This document shows, piece by piece, positions 26,485-32,712 of a DNA stretch of 32,712 nt; the first letter of the stretch is position 1; every line of letters starts with the position of its first letter. The stretch lies in sequence record SRR22947727_3539; one strand, 5' to 3'. The notes beneath the pieces were generated by a model, which ran no database searches, was not told the DNA's origin, and saw only the letters and a list, made by a program, of their open reading frames with translations. Made by a program: the position numbers and the translations under genes.

Positions 26485-27723
26485 TCACTTCCCAATGCAA
26501 TAGAGCGCCGTTTGCGACCTTGCGAACAAATCTCCCTGAATCGGAGCCAATGTCGCCCGGAAAATCTCATCAGATGCGGCGCCGAGCGGATTTACTGAAA
26601 CGACGTTCATTTCTTTTCCGGGCTTGATGACATAAACCTCACCACCAAAAACATTCTGGAAGTAGACATTGCCATTCGCTACGAGCGGGGACGCCGCGCA
26701 TTCGCCCTTCAGACCGATCCGATCATTCCAGAGAACCTCGCCAGTTTTTGCATCAAAACAGGCTCCAACGCCACCCATATCAACGACGACGACAAATCCA
26801 TCCACAGCGGCCGGTGAGGGGAGATCACGTCCAGCTTTACGCTTTTTGTGCCACACCATATGGCTGGCGGTCACGTCGCCGGAGCCACTGGGTTTCACAG
26901 CGTAAACGTCGCCTGGCTTGCCATTCACGACAAAAACCGTTTCGCCGTCGAAATCTGGAACGGGTGCTCCGCGGCCATTGAAGCCTTTGCAAAACCACAG
27001 TTCTTTTCCATTTTCGGGATCGTATCCGCGGACACCAAACTCACCATTCAGAACGAGCTGTATTTTTCCACCAGTCTCGATCAACACCGGGGTGCTCCAG
27101 CCGCCTTTTGGCTTGGTCTCGCGTTTCGTCGCCCACGCCGGATCTCCGGTTTTTGTGTTAAATGCGATGAGCTGAGATTCTCCCTCGGAATCGGTATTCT
27201 GAATCACGTTGTCATCGACAATCATGGGTGAAGCCGCGACTCCCCAGTTTCCGGGGAACGCTCCGAGGTCTTTCGACCAATTGGGGTTTCCGTCGTGATC
27301 AAAGCAATGAAGTCCGCCCGGGCCAAAAAACGCGATCACTGAATCAGCGTCTACCGCACACGTTGGCGTAGCCCGCGAGTTCATTTTGTGAGCCGACTCA
27401 GGATTGGCGCAAGGCACAGATTTCTCCCAAATCGTATTTCCAGTCTTTCGGTCGATGCAAAAAATGAAGCGTTCTTTTCCGTCATCCGACGCGCTGGTGA
27501 GGAACAATTTATCACCCCAATTCACCGGAGATGATTGGCCGGTGCCCTTCAATTCGACCCGCCATTTCACAGAATCTGCAGTCCATTCTGTCGGAACATC
27601 GGCTGCTGTCGAATGTCCGCGTCCCGTAGGTCCTCGGAATTGATTCCAGTTTTCCTCAGCAACGAGAAGCGAAGCGGCGGAGGCCGCGAAGAGAAAAGCA
27701 ACGGCAGACAGCGTAAATTTCAT
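26485..27723 (-). CDS. Secreted PQQ-like (BamB-type) beta-propeller repeat protein
   Basis: ATG at 27723 with signal peptide; NWNQFRGP, GQSSPV, TG...W repeats, WSTPV, ASPLVA, C-terminal LYCIG. Confidence 0.9.
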   Translation of the reverse strand: MKFTLSAVAFLFAASAASLLVAEENWNQFRGPTGRGHSTAADVPTEWTADSVKWRVELKGTGQSSPVNWGDKLFLTSASDDGKERFIFCIDRKTGNTIWEKSVPCANPESAHKMNSRATPTCAVDADSVIAFFGPGGLHCFDHDGNPNWSKDLGAFPGNWGVAASPMIVDDNVIQNTDSEGESQLIAFNTKTGDPAWATKRETKPKGGWSTPVLIETGGKIQLVLNGEFGVRGYDPENGKELWFCKGFNGRGAPVPDFDGETVFVVNGKPGDVYAVKPSGSGDVTASHMVWHKKRKAGRDLPSPAAVDGFVVVVDMGGVGACFDAKTGEVLWNDRIGLKGECAASPLVANGNVYFQNVFGGEVYVIKPGKEMNVVSVNPLGAASDEIFRATLAPIQGDLFARSQTALYCIGK

Positions 27724-27980
27724 GGCGTGAAGTGTAGCGAAAAGGAATGAATTTGCGAGGAAAAGCACGGGCGTTTTCGCGGAGTCAATCCCTGCGTAGC
27801 AGAACTTGCTAAAAGTTCATTGCGAAGCCTTTTATAATCCAAGGTTGTTCAAGCTCCCAGAATTTGGCGATGGAAAAATTGTCAGAATTTTGCAATGCTG
27901 AGCGTTTATGAAATGACATCGTTGCGGTACCGATAACACTCGGATTCCTCTGGAAGCGCAGCTAAAGCGAAGATAGAAAG

Positions 27981-28413
27981 ATGAGACAATTATTGGATCA
28001 TTCGAAATGGAATTGGATACGGAAGCTCGGCGTTTTTTTGACATTGGGCGTCATTCTGATAGCGGCGCCAATTGTATTTCTGGAACTATCCCCAGAAACG
28101 CTACGTAAAAGAATTACACACCCAGTTTCTTATCACATATGGAAGATTCAAGGGTTCGCATACCAGCTCGAGAGGGGGGCCTCTGGTTAAAGAATACGAA
28201 AACGCTCGTTTTATTCTTAGAGAACATTAAAAATCAAAAGACGAAAAGTGGTTCACCGGAAAGGATGGGGCGGTTTATCACATCGATTACGCGAGGGCGG
28301 AAATTATCGCGACAAAACGAAGATTGCATGAATTTGACAAGACAAACAAACCTCCTCCCCGGTTTTATACAGAATTCGTCATTAAACATTATGGGGGAAA
28401 GTTCTCCAAATGA
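27981..28413 (+). pseudogene. Putative interrupted membrane-anchored hypothetical gene (frameshift plus in-frame TAA)
   Basis: N-terminal TM ORF 27981..28190. Removing one G from the G6 run (28174-28179) continues as GPLVKEYENARFILREH*(28228)KSKDEKWFTGKDGAVYHIDYARAEIIATKRRL...GGKFSK to TGA 28411. About 143 aa. The reconstruction rests on protein-like composition only. Confidence 0.45.
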
Positions 28414-28476
28414 AGCATGCATTTCGGTCATAAAAAAATGTAACCTTATCCACCACACCCACGTCTTTCCCAACAG

Positions 28477-30135
28477 ATGAGCACCACTCCACCGCCTTTA
28501 CCCCCAGCCGTCGGCGCTCGAGCGATGATGAAGAATTTGCTCTTCATCGGTTTGCTGGCCGGCCTCATCGGCTATGCGATTTCGCAGTTGTGGAAGCCAG
28601 AACCGGCTCCGTCGGTTTCGTTCGTGGCTGATGATGCCGCTGCGGTTTCGAGGAAAGTCGACGCCGCTTTCGTGGCTGATTGGAATGAGAAGAAGATCCA
28701 ACCGCTCGCTCCTGCTGACGATCTCGCAGTGATGCGACGCCTTGGGCTGGCGCTGACTGGATCGGGGCCTTCAGTCGAGGAGATTCGGCATTTCGAAAAA
28801 CAGCCCGAAAACCGCCGAATTGAGTGGTGGGTAAGTCGGCTGCTCGATGATCGCCGGAGTTCTGCTTATCTTGCAGAGCGATTTGCGCGGATATTTGTTG
28901 GCGTGGAAAACGGTCCGTTCATCGTCTACCGCCGTCACCGAATGGTTCGATGGCTCGATGATCAGATTTTTGAAAACAAGCCCTACAACGATCTTGTCCA
29001 CAATCTCATTGCCGCAGAGGGACTCTGGACCACTCATCCCGAAGCGAATTTTATTACCGTCTCGATCGATCAAAACAATCAGAAAAATGGTCCCGACGAA
29101 GTAAAGCTTGCCGCTCGGACGACGCGAGCATTTCTCGGTGTTCGGATCGATTGTATGCAATGCCATGACGACATGTTTGGAGATCGTTGGAAGCAGAAAG
29201 ATTTCCACCAACTGGCAGCGTTTTTCTCTCAGGCAAAAATGGGAATCACCGGGGTTCAGGAAGATTCAAAGCTCGAATACGCAACGCGGTTCCGAGGGGA
29301 ATCCGAAGAGGAACCCGTCAGTGCAGCAGTTCCGTTTTCACCTGAATTGCTGCCGAAAGATGGGAATCTGCGTCAACGATTGGCGACGTGGACGACGCAT
29401 GACGACAATTCAGCTTTTGCTCGGACCGCAGTGAATCGGGTTTGGGCTTTGATGTTTAATCAGCCGCTCCATTTTCCCGTCGACAACATCCCATTGGAAG
29501 GACCGTATCCACCGGGGATGAAAATTTTAGCGACCGATTTTGTCGAAAATGGATACGATTTGCAACGTCTCGTTCGCATCATCGCCAGCACCAACGCATT
29601 TCAAATCGAAAGTCGGTCCACCGATCCTGCGAATCCTGTTACTGAAGGACACGAGCAAAATTGGGCGGCATTTCCAATGACGCGGCTGCGGCCCGAGCAG
29701 GTTGCTGATAGCGTGATCCAATCGTCCACTTTGAGCCCGCTTGATGCCGATTCGCACATCATTTCGCGGATGCGTGAGTTTTTTGAGACGAACGACTTCA
29801 TCAAACGCTACGGAGATTTGGGAGAAGACGAGTTCGGCGAGCAGGCGGGAACGATTCCGCAGCGATTGGTGATGATGAATGGAAAACTGGTTCGTGAACG
29901 AACCAAAGAGAATCCAGTGATGAATGCCTCGACTCGAATCGCCGGGTTGACGAAAGATCACAATATCGCCATCGAAACGGCCTATCTCGCCGTTTTGAGT
30001 CGCCGTCCATCAAGTGAAGAAAACGACCATTTTGTATCTGAATTTGAAGGGAAATACGGAAGCGACCGGTCCCGTGCGATGCAGGATCTGTATTGGGCGT
30101 TGATCAATTCAACCGAATTTACATGGAACCACTGA
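28477..30135 (+). CDS. DUF1549/DUF1553 domain protein with N-terminal membrane anchor and one CxxCH motif
   Basis: RRLGLALTG, AFLGVRIDCMQCHD, WKQKDFHQLAAFF, VNRVWALMF, RLRPEQVADS, QRLVMMNG, WALINSTEF. Confidence 0.92.
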   Translation: MSTTPPPLPPAVGARAMMKNLLFIGLLAGLIGYAISQLWKPEPAPSVSFVADDAAAVSRKVDAAFVADWNEKKIQPLAPADDLAVMRRLGLALTGSGPSVEEIRHFEKQPENRRIEWWVSRLLDDRRSSAYLAERFARIFVGVENGPFIVYRRHRMVRWLDDQIFENKPYNDLVHNLIAAEGLWTTHPEANFITVSIDQNNQKNGPDEVKLAARTTRAFLGVRIDCMQCHDDMFGDRWKQKDFHQLAAFFSQAKMGITGVQEDSKLEYATRFRGESEEEPVSAAVPFSPELLPKDGNLRQRLATWTTHDDNSAFARTAVNRVWALMFNQPLHFPVDNIPLEGPYPPGMKILATDFVENGYDLQRLVRIIASTNAFQIESRSTDPANPVTEGHEQNWAAFPMTRLRPEQVADSVIQSSTLSPLDADSHIISRMREFFETNDFIKRYGDLGEDEFGEQAGTIPQRLVMMNGKLVRERTKENPVMNASTRIAGLTKDHNIAIETAYLAVLSRRPSSEENDHFVSEFEGKYGSDRSRAMQDLYWALINSTEFTWNH

Positions 30136-30147
30136 ACTTATTTTTTA

Positions 30148-30190
30148 CGAACCAACCCTACCTGTTCATTGAACGAATCCTATTGGTTCG
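30148..30190. repeat. 43-bp palindromic element between the DUF1549/1553 and DUF1501 genes
   Basis: TTTACGAACCAA (30144-30155) and TTGGTTCGTAAA (30183-30194) form a perfect 12-bp inverted repeat with a central GTTC-ATT-GAAC. Confidence 0.88.
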
Positions 30191-30205
30191 TAAATTACTA
30201 AAATC

Positions 30206-31513
30206 ATGAACTCTCCAAAATTACAGCCTTTTGAATGCGGATCGGCGGATCACTTTTCGCGCCGGAATTTACTGAAAGCAGCGGGGCTTTCGGGGATGTC
30301 ATGGCTCACGCCGATGGCTGATATTTTGGCGACGGAAGCTGATTTGGCGAAGAACAAATTCGTTCCGGCAAAGTCGATCATTATTCTTTGGATGGCGGGC
30401 GGGCCGAGTCAGTTGGATACCTTTGATCCGCATCCGGGGAAGAAGATCGCGGCTGATACGAAAGCGATCGAGACTTCGAAGAAGGGCGTGTTTTTTAATG
30501 AAAATCTGCCGCAGACGGCGGAGCTGATGGATGATATTTCGTTGGTGAGATCGGTCGTCAGTCGTGAAGGCGATCATGAGAGGGCGGCTTATAATATCCG
30601 AACCGGTTACCGGCCGGATCCGACGGTTTTGCATCCTTCAGTGGGTTCGATCATTTGTCACGAAATGCCGAATGCGAACATCGATATCCCGACCCACATT
30701 TCGATGATGTCGGGGCAGCAAGGTTCGCGGGGTGGTTATCTCGGGGCGAATTTCGACCCGTTTAAGATCGGTGATCCACAGAATCCGGTTCCTGATATGG
30801 AGTCTTACTTGGATGAAGAGCGCGAAAAATCGCGGGTCGCAGGTCTTTCCGTCGTGGAAAGGGCCTTCGCTCGGGGGCGGTCGGGCGATTTGGAAAAAGA
30901 GCGAACGCTGCATCAGGCATCGATTGCGAAGGCGCGGAGAATGATGACTTCGGAGCAACTGTCTGCATTTGACATCAGTGATGTTTCCAAGGTTGAAAAG
31001 GAAGCTTTTGGCGATACGCCGTTTGGTCGCGGTTGTCTTGCCGCAGTTCGTTTGGTCGAAGCGGGAGTGCGATGCGTCGAAGTCACGCTGGACGGTTGGG
31101 ATTCACACATCGACAACACGAATTTACAAAGCAACAAAACAAAGGTTCTCGATCCGGCTTTTGCGTCATTGATTAAGAAGTTGAAAGCACGCGGGCTGCT
31201 CGACAGCACGATCGTTTTGTGCGGTGGTGAATTCGGCCGGACGCCGACATTGAATCCGGTGGAGGGCCGGGATCACTGGCCGCATGGATTCACCATGGCA
31301 ATGGCAGGTGGCGGAATTAAAGGAGGCCGTGTAATCGGCGAAACGGATCCCGAAGGCGCAAAGAAAGATCCCGCGGGGAAAGTTTTCGTTCAGGACATTC
31401 ACGCAACAATTCAGGATGCGTTCGGGATTGAATACGAGAAGAAAGTGATGACTCCGGTAGATCGTCCGATTGCTTTGAGTGATGGTTATCCGATTGATGA
31501 GTTGCTGTTGTGA
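30206..31513 (+). CDS. DUF1501 domain protein with Tat-like signal
   Basis: SRRNLLK; IILWMAGGPSQLDTFDP, FGRGCLAAVRLVEAGVRCVEV, GWDSH, GEFGRTP, GRDHWP, AGGGIKGG. Confidence 0.95.
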   Translation: MNSPKLQPFECGSADHFSRRNLLKAAGLSGMSWLTPMADILATEADLAKNKFVPAKSIIILWMAGGPSQLDTFDPHPGKKIAADTKAIETSKKGVFFNENLPQTAELMDDISLVRSVVSREGDHERAAYNIRTGYRPDPTVLHPSVGSIICHEMPNANIDIPTHISMMSGQQGSRGGYLGANFDPFKIGDPQNPVPDMESYLDEEREKSRVAGLSVVERAFARGRSGDLEKERTLHQASIAKARRMMTSEQLSAFDISDVSKVEKEAFGDTPFGRGCLAAVRLVEAGVRCVEVTLDGWDSHIDNTNLQSNKTKVLDPAFASLIKKLKARGLLDSTIVLCGGEFGRTPTLNPVEGRDHWPHGFTMAMAGGGIKGGRVIGETDPEGAKKDPAGKVFVQDIHATIQDAFGIEYEKKVMTPVDRPIALSDGYPIDELLL

Positions 31514-31552
31514 TCTCGCAACTGAACGGAGTTTTCGGTGTTCGATGTAAGT

Positions 31553-32677
31553 ATGAAACTTTCGATCTATGGACTGCTTGCGATCGTCGTTGTGGCGTCG
31601 ATTGGCTACTCTCAGATTCCGTCCCGGTTTGATCAATGGGATAAAGATAAAAGCGGAACGCTGACAAAAGAAGAGTTGCCGAAAGCGCTCCAGAAGAATT
31701 TTGAAAAAGTTGACCGTGACAAAAATGGATCAATTTCGCGGGAGGAAGATGCAGCGATTCGAAAACGTGGTAAGGGAAAGCGTGAGAACGGAGGCGGTGA
31801 GGTAGGGGGAGTAAAACGAATTCCTGATTTGGATTATTCAGGGAATGAGAATCCCCGCCAGATGCTGGATTTGTATTTGCCTGAGGCAGCTTCAAAAGAC
31901 GGAGCAAAGCTTCCATTGGTTTGCTGGATTCACGGAGGCGGCTGGCAGAACGGCGCAAAGGATCGGGCACGATTTATTGAGGATTTGGTAAAGTCAGGGA
32001 AGTTTGCGGGAGCCTCGATTGGATATCGGCTTACGGATGAAGCGCAATGGCCGTCGCAAATTCATGACTGCAAGGCGGCGATTCGATGGCTTAAGGCGAA
32101 TGCGGATAAATACGGCTACGATGCTGAAAAAATTGCGGTTTGGGGATCGTCCGCTGGTGGACATTTAGTGGCGATGTTAGGCGTCGCTCATGATGTCGAG
32201 AACCTGGAAGGGACTCTTGGAGAACATTTGGATCAGACTTCCGAAGTGGCTTGCGTGGTTGATTATTATGGACCGGCCGAGCTTTTAAAAATGAACGAAC
32301 AAGGGAGTTCGATGGATCATGATGCTGCTAAATCCCCGGAATCAAAACTGGTAGGTGGGCCACAGCAGGAAACGCGGGACGTGGCGAAAGATGCGTCTCC
32401 GATAACGCATGTGACGAAAGATGATGAGCCGATCCTGATTGTTCACGGCACCAAAGATCCATTGGTTCCGTATCAGCAGTCGGTTGAATTTAAAAAAAAT
32501 CTGGATGCGGCTGGAGTTCCTGCAATTTTTGTGACCGTTGAAGATGCCGGCCACGGAAAGGGATTTCCGCCGGAGGTTTCAAAGATCGCCGAACAGTTCA
32601 TCACTCACCATTTGCTTGGCGAAGGCGATTTGCCAAAGGATCAGACGGTCAAGAGCGTTGAATTGAAGACGCGCTGA
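31553..32677 (+). CDS. Secreted alpha/beta hydrolase (HGGG-type esterase/lipase) with two N-terminal EF-hand-like motifs
   Basis: ATG at 31553 with signal peptide; DKDKSGTLTKEE and DRDKNGSISREE; LDLYLP, IHGGGW, WGSSAGG, HGTKDPLVP, AGHG. Confidence 0.92.
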   Translation: MKLSIYGLLAIVVVASIGYSQIPSRFDQWDKDKSGTLTKEELPKALQKNFEKVDRDKNGSISREEDAAIRKRGKGKRENGGGEVGGVKRIPDLDYSGNENPRQMLDLYLPEAASKDGAKLPLVCWIHGGGWQNGAKDRARFIEDLVKSGKFAGASIGYRLTDEAQWPSQIHDCKAAIRWLKANADKYGYDAEKIAVWGSSAGGHLVAMLGVAHDVENLEGTLGEHLDQTSEVACVVDYYGPAELLKMNEQGSSMDHDAAKSPESKLVGGPQQETRDVAKDASPITHVTKDDEPILIVHGTKDPLVPYQQSVEFKKNLDAAGVPAIFVTVEDAGHGKGFPPEVSKIAEQFITHHLLGEGDLPKDQTVKSVELKTR

Positions 32678-32686
32678 TTTTCTAGG

Positions 32687-32712
32687 TTTCACGAACCAAC
32701 AGGGTCTGTTCG
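32687..32712. repeat. 43-bp palindromic element, cut by the window end
   Basis: TTTCA-CGAACCAACAGGGTCTGTTCG; the first 14 nt of the core are identical to the left arm at 7789; starts 9 bp after the esterase stop. Confidence 0.85.

Noticed and set aside
9641-28230. Stop-codon reassignment, pyrrolysine or selenocysteine readthrough explaining in-frame stops
   Set aside because: All three stop types occur internally, all three also terminate intact genes here (TAA proC, TAG sanA, TGA ribBA), the positions are not catalytic, and most of the same genes also carry frameshifts.
28139-28480. 113-aa ORF as an independent gene
   Set aside because: It overlaps ORF 27981, has no recognisable motif, and an alternative frame gives a more protein-like continuation. 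Not fully excluded.
30148-30190. Element centre as a LexA (SOS) box
   Set aside because: The centre is GTTC-N3-GAAC, whereas the Verrucomicrobia LexA motif as I recall it is TGTTC-N4-GAACA. Neighbouring genes are not SOS genes and several copies lie just after stop codons.
5776-32712. 43-bp palindromic repeats as a CRISPR array
   Set aside because: Copies are mostly kilobases apart and degenerate, with no regular repeat-spacer pattern and no cas genes.

Overview
A gene-dense bacterial window of moderate GC (about half, by eye). Gene content points to the PVC superphylum, most likely Verrucomicrobiales: a DUF1549/DUF1553 + DUF1501 pair, a Tat-exported Gfo/Idh/MocA oxidoreductase, DUF1080, DUF6807, a PQQ-like beta-propeller and a kinase-PEGA-FGE fusion. 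I count about 22 intact CDS, including ribBA, proC, a sanA-like gene and a CNNM/HlyC-CorC gene, plus 5 interrupted genes. No rRNA, tRNA, CRISPR array, transposase, integrase or reverse transcriptase was seen. Three things stand out. (1) A dispersed palindromic element with a fixed 43-bp core (C-GAAC-N11-GTTC-N3-GAAC-N11-GTTC-G) occurs as five full-length and two partial copies. Two copies are read in the same frame inside the N-termini of predicted secreted proteins (shared peptide R-x-NRVGSS) and appear to supply part of the signal peptide. (2) An uncharacterised two-gene Fe-S module: a stand-alone HdrA-N-terminal-like Cys domain followed by a 2x[4Fe-4S] ferredoxin protein whose own N-terminus looks like a Cys-free copy of that domain. 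(3) Eleven coding lesions (6 in-frame stops, 5 frameshifts) are concentrated in 5 accessory genes while the other genes are clean, which suggests real pseudogenisation, although assembly error cannot be excluded. All family assignments come from motif recognition by eye, not database searches.
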